In this document: one piece after another, positions 8,784 to 18,083 of the stretch
Layout: each line of letters opens with the position of its first letter
Position numbering within the stretch: position 1 is the stretch's first letter
Origin: a virus
Lineage: Duplodnaviria; Caudoviricetes
Reading direction: 5' to 3' (one strand)
Virus record (IMG/VR): IMGVR_UViG_3300008267_000103
Span: 1 to 43,631 of that record
Length of the DNA: 43,631 nt
Program-made: the position numbers and the translations under genes
The notes under the pieces: generated by a model
What the model was told of the DNA's origin: nothing
Seen by the model: only the letters and a program-made list of their open reading frames with translations
The model's database searches: none

Positions 8784-10709
8784 TTAGCGATTGCCGCTTA
8801 GCTTTTCTATACTTTCTAAACGATTTTGCTGTATATCAGGAGGGGTAAGATATAAATCAATTTTGTTACCGCCTTGCATTACAGTGGTGCTATTAGAAGC
8901 AGCTGTAGCGGTATTAGTTTTAAGAGTTTCTGTCATTTGAGCTTCAAGTTTTTGTACGCTTTCGTTTATCCGTTCTGCAGCCGCGGCCATTTTGTCTAAA
9001 GCTTCAGATGTATTTGTATTATTTTCAGTTATTGTTTCAGTAATGGTATTATTAACTAACGTAGTCTGGCCTTGTATAAATCCTTTATTAAAAGCTTCGA
9101 GTTCTTTATTTTCTTGAGGTTGGTTTTCAGTTTCGACTGAAGAAGTAGTTTCTATATCTACATTATCGGTTTCTCCTGGTACTATTTTAAGCGGGGTATT
9201 TTCGCTGTCTGTTTCTAGAGAAGCGCCTCCGCTTTCTGCAAATGCATTAATTGCAGCTTCTGCGCCTTTTTTTCCGGCCCACACACCTGCTATGCCACCA
9301 ATGAGCCCGCCAATAGTAGCTAATATCGGGGATGCAAAAATTGCGCCCGGGCCCGCCAAGCCTCCTAATAACGCTCCAGCTTTAGCTCCTGCTAAAGTTC
9401 CCGCTAATGCACCTCCTGCTGTACCCGCACCGACCGTAACAGCTTCTCCAACAGACCCAGTTTGCTGGTAACGATCAGCTCCTTCATATGCTCCAGTTAT
9501 AAGCGAGCCCGCTACTCCAGCTCGAGTCACATAAGTAGGTGGTTTAGGGACTGGAGCTTTAAATACTTTAGGGCCTGGTGGAACTCGTGGCGGACGAGGT
9601 GGTTTGTCACTGGTAGGCGGTTTAGAGGGTTTAGGAGGCTCAGGTACTCGAGGAGGTGGATTTGGCTGTGGCGGGTTTGGACGGTTTGTTCGGGAACTCG
9701 GACCAGGGTAGAGATTAGTACTGGATCCACTTTCTCCGGCCATAAAAGCTGGTCCTGAATTTAGCTCTTCAAACAAATCTTTTAATTTATCGTACGCTTT
9801 TTGATCAATATCTACTATATTGACTTTAAATAAAGCCGTTTTTTGACGTTCTTCGTCTCGTGCTACTTCTTGAGGAGAAGGCGCATACCCAGGCAGTTTT
9901 TTTACAGGATAAGTAGAGCCAATAAGTTCTTTGTTAGTATTTTCACTTGTTTGAGCTGTCGTAGCTATCGGAGTGTTAGCAGCAGTTATAGCTTCTTTTA
10001 TTTGTCTTTGTATATCATTATCTTTAACTTTTTCTTCTTTTAAGCTTTTTATTTTTGCCTCTCGGGCTTCTTTTTCTTCTAGCTCAATTTCAGCTGTAGT
10101 TTTATCTAAATTTTTTCTGAAATATTTTTCTTGAGCTGCAGTTGCTTCTTCAGCTGCTTTTAGCACTTTTTTGAAGTCTTTATCAAATACAGACATCGTA
10201 TCTAGTTTACTTCTTAACTCAGATGCGTCTAAGCCTTTTTCATTTTTTATGTCTTTATCATATTTTGCTAATGCATCCTCTACAGCTTTATTTAATATCT
10301 GTTCACTTATTTCTTTTTTTCGGTTTTCTTTCTCTTTTTCTTCTTTCTCTAAACGAGCTTTTCTTTCTACCTCAAAATTTTTGTTTAACTCTTCTACGGA
10401 TTTATTTAAGATTTCAAATCCGTTTGTTAAAGTCTTATTATTGCTTTCAGTTATTGCTTTAGTATTATTTTCAGATAGACTTTTGTATTCAGCAAACTTA
10501 ACGATTAATTCGTTAACTTTTTTAGTAAAACTACCTTCGTTATTGGGGTCGAATATTTTTTGTAAATTATCATTTAGTTTTTGAATTTGAGAAGAATCCT
10601 CCGGTAAGCTAAAATCCCCGCCAGCAACTCCTACGTTGAGCTGATCCTCTTTAGATAATACTGCAAGCAGTCTTCTTAAGACGTCTTCGAGTTGTTCGTT
10701 TTCCGGCAT
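8784..10709 (-). CDS. Putative tape-measure protein (gp29-like)
   Basis: 641 aa; charged coiled-coil N-terminus, Pro-rich linker and Gly/Ala hydrophobic segment; sits between the gp26-like and gp48-like genes. Confidence 0.5.
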   Translation of the reverse strand: MPENEQLEDVLRRLLAVLSKEDQLNVGVAGGDFSLPEDSSQIQKLNDNLQKIFDPNNEGSFTKKVNELIVKFAEYKSLSENNTKAITESNNKTLTNGFEILNKSVEELNKNFEVERKARLEKEEKEKENRKKEISEQILNKAVEDALAKYDKDIKNEKGLDASELRSKLDTMSVFDKDFKKVLKAAEEATAAQEKYFRKNLDKTTAEIELEEKEAREAKIKSLKEEKVKDNDIQRQIKEAITAANTPIATTAQTSENTNKELIGSTYPVKKLPGYAPSPQEVARDEERQKTALFKVNIVDIDQKAYDKLKDLFEELNSGPAFMAGESGSSTNLYPGPSSRTNRPNPPQPNPPPRVPEPPKPSKPPTSDKPPRPPRVPPGPKVFKAPVPKPPTYVTRAGVAGSLITGAYEGADRYQQTGSVGEAVTVGAGTAGGALAGTLAGAKAGALLGGLAGPGAIFASPILATIGGLIGGIAGVWAGKKGAEAAINAFAESGGASLETDSENTPLKIVPGETDNVDIETTSSVETENQPQENKELEAFNKGFIQGQTTLVNNTITETITENNTNTSEALDKMAAAAERINESVQKLEAQMTETLKTNTATAASNSTTVMQGGNKIDLYLTPPDIQQNRLESIEKLSGNR

Positions 10710-10734
10710 CGAAATACTTAGGCTGCCTCTGTAG

Positions 10735-11502
10735 TTATATTTCTACGAGAAACTCTGTATTAATATTCAAGACTATATCTGTCTCAATACCTTCTTTTTT
10801 AGCCTTTAAAGTTAATACCTCTGTATTTAAATTAAAAAGCATTCTAATAAACTCTCCTACTTTATTAATTAAATTTACTGGTAAAGTTTCAACAATTGCT
10901 ATTTGCTCTTGCGGCGTAAACTGTTTAAAATTTATCAAAACACCTTCTACATAAATTTCTTTTATGCATTTGCATGTTTCTCCTATATACATATCTCCTA
11001 ATGCCTCTACAAAATTTTTAACATCGTTTTTTGCAAGAGTTTGTTGATATCTCAGCTCTTTTTCGTGTTTATATTGTTCTATTATTTTAGGTACTTCTAT
11101 ATCAATTTTTATTTTATCAAACTCAATAGTCTTAGCCAAGTCTTGTATCTTAGCTAGTTTATCTATACTTTCTGCTACTGCAGCATCTCCGTATTCGGAT
11201 TTAATTATATCCCCGTGTAGAGTTTTACGGTATGCTAAAAGAATAGCTAGTCTATCTAGCACATTAAACTCCTTAGTTATATCCCAATCTAAACAATTCT
11301 CTGTTATAATTTCATATGTTGCTATAATAAACTTAGTACGAAAAACTAAATTATCATATCCAGCGTCGTATAGTTTTTTTTGCTGGGCTCCGGTAATAGG
11401 GCGAAAACCTACTTCTCTTTTTAAAGAAGGTATGTAGATTTGCAAAATATTTTTATTTGCATAATCTTTAAGGGTATCGAGTACATTTTGTATGTTATTC
11501 AT
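10735..11502 (-). CDS. Baseplate hub assembly protein, gp26-like
   Basis: IYIPSLKREVGFRPITGAQQKKL...DRLAILLAYR resembles the gp26 N-terminus. Confidence 0.6.
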   Translation of the reverse strand: MNNIQNVLDTLKDYANKNILQIYIPSLKREVGFRPITGAQQKKLYDAGYDNLVFRTKFIIATYEIITENCLDWDITKEFNVLDRLAILLAYRKTLHGDIIKSEYGDAAVAESIDKLAKIQDLAKTIEFDKIKIDIEVPKIIEQYKHEKELRYQQTLAKNDVKNFVEALGDMYIGETCKCIKEIYVEGVLINFKQFTPQEQIAIVETLPVNLINKVGEFIRMLFNLNTEVLTLKAKKEGIETDIVLNINTEFLVEI

Positions 11503-11504
11503 AT

Positions 11505-12395
11505 TTAAAAGCCAAATTCGGTATTATGTTCAGTTTTTGGATTATTTTTTGTGTTGGTATTTTTTTTATTTTCTTCTAAAAAGTAATTCCAATATACTTG
11601 TATTTCTGCTGGGGTAATTGAATCTACATATTCAGCACTAAATTTACAATGAGTAACAACGTTATACATAGCTTTGTAAACATTATTAAGTTCTTCTATA
11701 AAAAGATACTCTAATAATTCGCACAATGCAGTAGAATCTATATTGCCTGTAATTTTATAAATTGTTTTACTTGTATGCGGGGATACTATTTTTATTAAAT
11801 TTTTTTCCGAATTATGTTTTTTTGCTTGAGCTATTTGCAAGCGGGCTTGTAGTAAATGACTAGCTGGTAAGTGTTCAATTATAATTTTTTTTTCGTCAAA
11901 CTTATAACTATCCAGTTTTATAATTTTTTCGGTAATTATTTCAGTAATACTCGCACAAAGATCTTCAGAATTATTTTCCGTTAATAGTATTGTTTCGTCT
12001 TTTATACCCGTAAACAAACTATGCTTTGTAGTTAAATTATCTGTTTTTACTGTTACTTCAGTTATTAATTCGTCTAAGGTTTTTTGTATATCGTTAATTG
12101 CTGTTTGATAGTTAAAACTCGCATTTGAATCCGGACAGGTACATTTTAAATTTAAATCAGGGCTCACACAAACTTCTCTTATAGTTAAAAAAATTGCAAG
12201 TTTATCAATAATTGTTAAATTTACTAGCTCTTTTACCTCTATTATTTCTTGCAAAATAAAATTGAACAATTCGATAGTCTTTAACTTATCTCCAACATAC
12301 AAAGATTTTACCAAATTTCTATATGTTTTATAGTTTAACTCTTTAACATATATAAATTTTTTTTGACTTGGTAAAAAAGCTTTTAACTTGAACAT
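11505..12395 (-). CDS. gp26-like hub assembly protein with a gp51-like C-terminal segment
   Basis: LPSQKKFIYVKEL...DKLAIFLTIREVCV...CTCP is gp26-like; YKAMYNVVTHCKFSAEYVDSITPAEIQVYWNYF is gp51-like. Confidence 0.6.
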   Translation of the reverse strand: MFKLKAFLPSQKKFIYVKELNYKTYRNLVKSLYVGDKLKTIELFNFILQEIIEVKELVNLTIIDKLAIFLTIREVCVSPDLNLKCTCPDSNASFNYQTAINDIQKTLDELITEVTVKTDNLTTKHSLFTGIKDETILLTENNSEDLCASITEIITEKIIKLDSYKFDEKKIIIEHLPASHLLQARLQIAQAKKHNSEKNLIKIVSPHTSKTIYKITGNIDSTALCELLEYLFIEELNNVYKAMYNVVTHCKFSAEYVDSITPAEIQVYWNYFLEENKKNTNTKNNPKTEHNTEFGF

Positions 12396-12397
12396 AA

Positions 12398-13126
12398 TTA
12401 CGATCTATCGCCATCAATATTGGTAATCTTGTATGATTTATATGTCCAATTCGTATTTACCACTCGTACATTGCCGTTTTCCCCGTAAGCATACGTAAAA
12501 TCCGGAACCGAAACTGGAGCGCAGTCAATATATGTAATTTGTTTGCGAGTAGAATTGCTATTTTTAGAAAACCCGTCTATATGCCATACCTCAAGATTTC
12601 CCTTCACTCTTTGATTTTCAGTTTGTCGGCCGAACAAGCCGAAGGTGCTTACTGCAAATAACCATGGTCTTAAAATATAATCCGTAAAGGAAATATTAGT
12701 TTCTATAAAACTTATTGTTAAATTATTAGGATCATTACGGCCCTTAATAACAGGCGCTGAAAGCAAATTACCGTGTACATTTGTATTAGTGCTTGGACCC
12801 ACTCTACCGCTAGCTAAAGTCTCTCCAGGTATTGTTACTCCGGTAGCAAATACTATCCGGCCATTAATTTTTTTATCTTCTTCTATAAATTTAATTAATT
12901 CCCCTCGTAAACCACGAATGTCTTCCCATTGAGCATTTTCATCGTAATAATCTTGTATAACATTATTAATAGCTAAATAAGGGATGCTATCAATCTTTAC
13001 TATAAAATTTGCTTCAGAAGGTATAGAAAAAGTATTATCTTCCCTCTGTAAATTATTTAATATTGAGGCTAGTTCCGAAGTACTACCTAATCCTTTCGGT
13101 CCGAGAGTTGGACTGTCAATAGGCAT
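12398..13126 (-). CDS. Tail-tube-fold protein (gp54/gp19-like, divergent)
   Basis: VTIPGE...LTISFIET...ILRPW...YIDCAPVSV...WTY follows the tube-fold layout. Confidence 0.55.
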   Translation of the reverse strand: MPIDSPTLGPKGLGSTSELASILNNLQREDNTFSIPSEANFIVKIDSIPYLAINNVIQDYYDENAQWEDIRGLRGELIKFIEEDKKINGRIVFATGVTIPGETLASGRVGPSTNTNVHGNLLSAPVIKGRNDPNNLTISFIETNISFTDYILRPWLFAVSTFGLFGRQTENQRVKGNLEVWHIDGFSKNSNSTRKQITYIDCAPVSVPDFTYAYGENGNVRVVNTNWTYKSYKITNIDGDRS

Positions 13127-13137
13127 ACTAATTAAAT

Positions 13138-13806
13138 TTAACGTCTAAACACTTGCCCTACTGCTTGAGTGGCGCGGGTTAAGCTACGAGCTGTATTAGT
13201 AATTGCGTTAAGTGTACCGAGCAGACCGCCTTGTTGCTGTTTGATTGAACTTCTATCAACTTCGCTTACCCAGTATTGATATGCAATTGTAGCTTTTATT
13301 TCTTGTATACTACCATTACCGGTCATTTTATAATCTATTGCTCCTAGATCAGTAATATAAGCCCCATAAAGACTATATGTACTAATTGTATACATTTGAT
13401 CGTCTAATAAAATTAAATCAATTACATTTTCTGTACCTGGTAAAGTAATATTATTATTTTGACTATTAAAGGGGCTAAATGTATTTGACATCGCACCTTC
13501 TAATCTTTGACGAAGCTCTAATGCTTGGTCTGCGTAAAAAGTTATACTCCAGCTTTCAGAATTAGGATAAGTAGCAGCTCCCGGTACGTTAAAGTTGAGC
13601 CCCATATACGGAGCTTTAATATTTTCTATTCTACGAGAAGGAAGAGCTGCACTTTTAACATATACCAAATCATCTTCACCAAATAAATCTTGCCCGCCAG
13701 CAACAATAAAACTATTAACTCTTAATTGGAAATCTCTAGAAAACTTTTTTTGAGTAGCTACTCTATAAAAGTTTGAAATATTTTGATTAGTCTGATAAGT
13801 TGCCAT
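13138..13806 (-). CDS. Tail tube protein paralogue (gp19-like)
   Basis: Aligns by eye with 14648..15169 (FSRDFQLRV, YMGLNFNVPG..YP.S..W, YSLYGAY, IAYQYW). Confidence 0.75.
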   Translation of the reverse strand: MATYQTNQNISNFYRVATQKKFSRDFQLRVNSFIVAGGQDLFGEDDLVYVKSAALPSRRIENIKAPYMGLNFNVPGAATYPNSESWSITFYADQALELRQRLEGAMSNTFSPFNSQNNNITLPGTENVIDLILLDDQMYTISTYSLYGAYITDLGAIDYKMTGNGSIQEIKATIAYQYWVSEVDRSSIKQQQGGLLGTLNAITNTARSLTRATQAVGQVFRR

Positions 13807-13817
13807 CTTAATAATAC

Positions 13818-14594
13818 TTAGGCTGTACCTGCTAGGTTAGGGTTTATTTGATTATTTACCGGTACAGCTGAACGCAATGTGTTTTTTATTAAAGCTGTAG
13901 TTTCATTAGAACCAATATATTGAAACGCAAATGTTGTAGTTATAGAAGCTATACCGCCTGCAGTGGTAGTATTATAAGCTATATCTCCGAGATTTATCGG
14001 AAAACAACCATACAGTTTATAATCTCTTACCGGCTGCATATTAAAAATATCTATTCTATCCTGTTTAGATCTTTTGTCTTTTATTTCTCTGTTTCCTCTT
14101 TCTAATTTACCCGCTCCTAACTGCACTGGTTTGTATAACGTTAAAGTTATATCCGTATGAGCGGTTTGATTAGATTTAAATCCGTGCTCATTATAAACTT
14201 GTTGACTCCAATACTCAAATATGTCTTTAATTAGATAGGTATCGTCGGAGTAAAAAGTAAGAGCCCAATTTAAAGAACTAGGGTAAGATGCTGCAATTGG
14301 TACGTTAAAGCTAAAATTTTTATAGTTTAATTTAGCCGTACTTATTTTTCTACTTGGTATACTACCTGCTTTTACATAAAGTAACTTACTTGGTGTAAAA
14401 AATCTGTTAATAGCTCTTTCTCCAGTTTGTAACTCTTTTATATTAGTTATATTAGTTACTCTAAATAAATTGTCTTTTGCAAACCCTAGCCGTTGAGCTG
14501 CTTGATAAAAGCCTTTTAAAGAATCGTCTGAGACAGATCCTCGTAACGGAGTTTCGTTTACTACAAATGGGGGCAGCTTAACAATATCAGCCAT
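13818..14594 (-). CDS. Tail tube protein paralogue (gp19-like)
   Basis: FAKDNLFRV, IPSRKI, FNVP...YP....W.LTF, YKLYGCFP, FAFQY shared with neighbouring tube genes. Confidence 0.7.
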   Translation of the reverse strand: MADIVKLPPFVVNETPLRGSVSDDSLKGFYQAAQRLGFAKDNLFRVTNITNIKELQTGERAINRFFTPSKLLYVKAGSIPSRKISTAKLNYKNFSFNVPIAASYPSSLNWALTFYSDDTYLIKDIFEYWSQQVYNEHGFKSNQTAHTDITLTLYKPVQLGAGKLERGNREIKDKRSKQDRIDIFNMQPVRDYKLYGCFPINLGDIAYNTTTAGGIASITTTFAFQYIGSNETTALIKNTLRSAVPVNNQINPNLAGTA

Positions 14595-14617
14595 ACAGAT
14601 ACTTATCTCTGTACATT

Positions 14618-14640
14618 AAAAAACCCCCTTACGGGGGTTT
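14618..14640 (-). terminator. Rho-independent terminator after the sheath-tube genes
   Basis: On - strand: aaaccccc-gtaa-gggggtttttt. Confidence 0.85.
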
Positions 14641-14647
14641 GTGAGTT

Positions 14648-15169
14648 TTATTCGTGGCGCCAGTAGTGGTATGCTAGCGTTGCATTAAACGTTAGTGGTG
14701 TACCAGTACCTGCAACATTATATGCTACATTTCCTAAAGATACTACATAAACCCCGTATAATTTATACGTATTAACTATTTGTAATTTATCATCTACAAG
14801 GTTTAACTGAATTACTTTATCAACTCCGCGTGGAGATAAATCTCCAGTACTCGTAGCATCATCAAAAACTTTACCGATTTGCCAGTCTTCGAATTTTTTA
14901 CGAATGACCCCGTTTTTATCATTACGGAACGTCACAGCCCAAGCGTTACTACCTGGATACTTTACTGTACCCGGCACATTAAAGTCAAGCCCCATATAAG
15001 TTGCGGTTTGATTACTAATAGTGCGGTCAGGAAGATTAGCGGTGGTAATATAAACGAAATCGTCTTCGTTGAATGTATCTTCCCCGATAGAGACTACCCG
15101 TAACATATAGTCACGGGCAAAGTCTCTAGCTTGGGATACCCGAAAGAAGTCTTGTATTGTTTGAGCCAT
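14648..15169 (-). CDS. gp19: Major tail tube protein
   Basis: 173 aa directly after the sheath gene and followed by a terminator; LPDRTI...VPG...W.VTF.ND...RKKFEDW...YKLYG...LAYHYW. Confidence 0.85.
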   Translation of the reverse strand: MAQTIQDFFRVSQARDFARDYMLRVVSIGEDTFNEDDFVYITTANLPDRTISNQTATYMGLDFNVPGTVKYPGSNAWAVTFRNDKNGVIRKKFEDWQIGKVFDDATSTGDLSPRGVDKVIQLNLVDDKLQIVNTYKLYGVYVVSLGNVAYNVAGTGTPLTFNATLAYHYWRHE

Positions 15170-15189
15170 ATTGAATATTTAGGTTAAAC

Positions 15190-17448
15190 TTAGCTTATTA
15201 ACTCTTGGAAGTTTTGAGATGTTCTTGTGCAGTAGAAGTTGACCAAGATAAATTCGGCAGTACGAACTGGCTTGATATAAATGTCTACTACTAAAGTATT
15301 ATCATCAATTAACTCTGGAGTGTTGTTTGTAGTATTGCATACAATTAAGTAATCGAATAAGCCTTGAGTGTTCTTAGCAAGATCAAATACCGGGGTAATT
15401 GTATTAACTAAACGGCTACGAGTAAATGTAGTGTTTGGCTCGAATACGAAGAATTTAGCTGTATTAAACACAGACTTTTCTAAGTAGAGGAACAGACGGC
15501 GTACATTTAGACGATCAAATGCGCTTGGAGCTTTGAGTAAGGTCTTTTGACCCATTATTGTGTATCCTTCGTTAGGGAAGAACACTACTGGGTTTACAGA
15601 CACCTTATAGAGTAAGTCGCGTTGCTTTTGCTGAGGATTTACACCAAGGTCATTAATACCAGTAATAGTACCACGATTTAAACCTGCAGGCGCGCCCCAA
15701 GGGTAAGCAATTGCATCATTACGACTAAACGCTGCAGCTGCAAAACCAGAAAATGGCAACCAAACGTTTTTGTTTGTGTATTGATCAGTTGCTCTTGCCC
15801 AGTTACCGTAAGTTGTAGAGTAACTCGAATTTAAGTTACTATAAAGGTTACGCAATGGCCAGTAAATGTTTTGAGAGAAGTTTTTGCTCTTGTCATCTAA
15901 GGTCTTAAAGTTTTGACCTTGTACGAATACCCAACGTAACGGATCAGAAATGAATACTAAGTCTTTACGTTCATTTCTTGCAAAATTATCAAACTTTGTT
16001 GTAATGCCTACCCAAGCATTTACTGTATCGTTTGATACCGCATTACCAGTTGAGGATGTTAAGGCCTGTACGTTGGTTTTTAATGAGCCGCTCCAGTAGG
16101 TATCATCAAATGCAGCAGAACCAGCCGCTGCGATTGTTGAAATACCACCGTCAATTACTACATCAAGACTTAACGTGTCTGGGTTTTGAGCAAGATTCAA
16201 TATCTTGTCAACTTTAGTACTTACGTTGCCTACTACTTTTTGATTTTCTGTACCAAGTGTAGGAGAGTAAACCCCAAGAGCGTATAGGTTATTTGCAGCA
16301 GCGTGTCCACCGCCTGAAGCCGTATTGAATATACTTGAAGTAGATCTTAATACTCTTATAGCTTTATTAGCATTACCGTTACTATCTAACCAAGATGTAT
16401 TATCAGCGATATTTGGATTTACAAATATAGTTAAATTTGGGGAGGTATTATTTACAAGAGTGTTTATAAAATAGCTTTGTGGCTGGCCCCCGTTTGGATC
16501 TTGAATTTTGCGATCAGAATAGAACGAACCTGTATAGCCTTCTTGTAGTACGTATTCGAGAGTTAAAGCTGTAGGAGAGAAAGGCGAAACTCTTACTTTA
16601 AATAATGAAAATATCGCAGTATCTTGATACGCGGTGCCAGCTATATTAAACGAAGGAATATTTTCAATATCTTGAGAAACACTACCTACATTAGCAGTTG
16701 CAGTTGCACTTAGCTGAAACTGGTAACGAGTATTTGGTACTGCAGTGTATGCGCTGGTAGCAGCTGTTTGGGCTGCAATTGTATCGATTGTTAAAGCTGC
16801 ATCAAAATCAGTAGAAGGATTTAAGTTAGCATTATCTGCAAGATTAAAATAAAACCCTTCAAATTTTTCGTTAATTGTGGTTTTTGCTTTATTGAGCACA
16901 ATTAAACCAGCTGCACTTAATTCAGTAAAGCCTGTAAATACAGGCGCTGTACTTGCTGCTGCAGTTGCCCATTGTAGACCGCCTTGTAATACTAAATTGT
17001 ATTGGTCATCTGTAAGCTCAACTAATGTTGGTTGAGTTAAGTAGTAAGCACCAGCAGCGCTTAGTGCGGTGCCGTTTGCTACTGGAGCAGTTGCATCTGT
17101 TGCAGATGCTGCAACTACTGGAAATACTAACGCACTATACTTGCTAGAAAATCCTTCCCCAGCTTCAGCACCGTAAGGTAAGCGAGCGACATTTACAACT
17201 GCATTTGTGCCACCGGTAAAAAGCTGTCTTACAGAGTAGTAAAAATAGCGCTCTGCTGCATTGGTAGGAGTACCATATATTGTCTCAAAATCAGCAACAC
17301 TTGCTACGTTAAGAATTTCGTAGGTTGGACCTTGAGGCGCGAAACCGGTCACCAAGAAGCTTGTACCATTAGGAGCATTAAGTCTTGTGCTAAGATCGAT
17401 TTCGCGAATTTCTACGCCAGGAGATTGTATAGTACGAGTGTTGGCCAT
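15190..17448 (-). CDS. gp18: Contractile tail sheath protein
   Basis: SPGVEIREIDL at the N-terminus; PWGAPAGLNRG, GQKTL...SAFDRLNVRRLF, FEPN..FTR and IKPVRTAEFI at the C-terminus. Confidence 0.96.
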   Translation of the reverse strand: MANTRTIQSPGVEIREIDLSTRLNAPNGTSFLVTGFAPQGPTYEILNVASVADFETIYGTPTNAAERYFYYSVRQLFTGGTNAVVNVARLPYGAEAGEGFSSKYSALVFPVVAASATDATAPVANGTALSAAGAYYLTQPTLVELTDDQYNLVLQGGLQWATAAASTAPVFTGFTELSAAGLIVLNKAKTTINEKFEGFYFNLADNANLNPSTDFDAALTIDTIAAQTAATSAYTAVPNTRYQFQLSATATANVGSVSQDIENIPSFNIAGTAYQDTAIFSLFKVRVSPFSPTALTLEYVLQEGYTGSFYSDRKIQDPNGGQPQSYFINTLVNNTSPNLTIFVNPNIADNTSWLDSNGNANKAIRVLRSTSSIFNTASGGGHAAANNLYALGVYSPTLGTENQKVVGNVSTKVDKILNLAQNPDTLSLDVVIDGGISTIAAAGSAAFDDTYWSGSLKTNVQALTSSTGNAVSNDTVNAWVGITTKFDNFARNERKDLVFISDPLRWVFVQGQNFKTLDDKSKNFSQNIYWPLRNLYSNLNSSYSTTYGNWARATDQYTNKNVWLPFSGFAAAAFSRNDAIAYPWGAPAGLNRGTITGINDLGVNPQQKQRDLLYKVSVNPVVFFPNEGYTIMGQKTLLKAPSAFDRLNVRRLFLYLEKSVFNTAKFFVFEPNTTFTRSRLVNTITPVFDLAKNTQGLFDYLIVCNTTNNTPELIDDNTLVVDIYIKPVRTAEFILVNFYCTRTSQNFQELIS

Positions 17449-17498
17449 AAAGTTTTTGTATACTATTATTTAGGCAAATTCAGAAGGGATTCCTGAGA

Positions 17499-18083
17499 TT
17501 ACTGAAGTAATTCGGCGCCTAATTGACTGAAAGCAAAAGTAAAACTTGACTCAATTTGAGTAGCGTCTTGGTAGCTATATTTAAACCCTTGCAGATTTGT
17601 AATAAATGCTTTATGGTAATCAAATTTAATTTTCTGATTATTATATTCATCTAAGCCAAAAACAGTAATCAGGGTCTGATATTCATGCATTGTAGCAGGG
17701 CCTTTTACTGCAAGCCCGTCTTTATTTGATATACCCATTTTGGAATGATTAATATAATCAAGCCACTTCCATAAAACCCACCAGTTATTATATCCGTTAT
17801 CTACCGCAAAATTAACTGTAACATTGTTATATTGCTCTCTTTGGTAAGTGGTGACTTTTAACGGCTGCCCGCCAAAATTTAATGCAACTGGATTTATTGC
17901 TATATCTGGCACAATATTGCCGTATACTGAATACTGTAAAGTATTTAAATCCAAATTATAACTTTTACGAACATCTCCTACTGGAGTATTTATAGACTTT
18001 AAAGGGTCAGGAATATTTAAGACAAGTATAAATTTGTCTTTTCTTGATTTATTTAAAATAGACTGTTGGGCTACGTCGCTCAT
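17499..18083 (-). CDS. Tail completion / tube terminator protein, gp3-like
   Basis: VPDIAI...YNNVTVNFAVDNGYNNWWVLWKWL...AFITNLQG...TFAF resembles T4 gp3. Confidence 0.65.
   Translation of the reverse strand: MSDVAQQSILNKSRKDKFILVLNIPDPLKSINTPVGDVRKSYNLDLNTLQYSVYGNIVPDIAINPVALNFGGQPLKVTTYQREQYNNVTVNFAVDNGYNNWWVLWKWLDYINHSKMGISNKDGLAVKGPATMHEYQTLITVFGLDEYNNQKIKFDYHKAFITNLQGFKYSYQDATQIESSFTFAFSQLGAELLQ

Noticed and set aside
2028-18083. Extracellular contractile injection system or tailocin
   Set aside because: A T4-like terminase and neck gene are adjacent, indicating a head-bearing phage.
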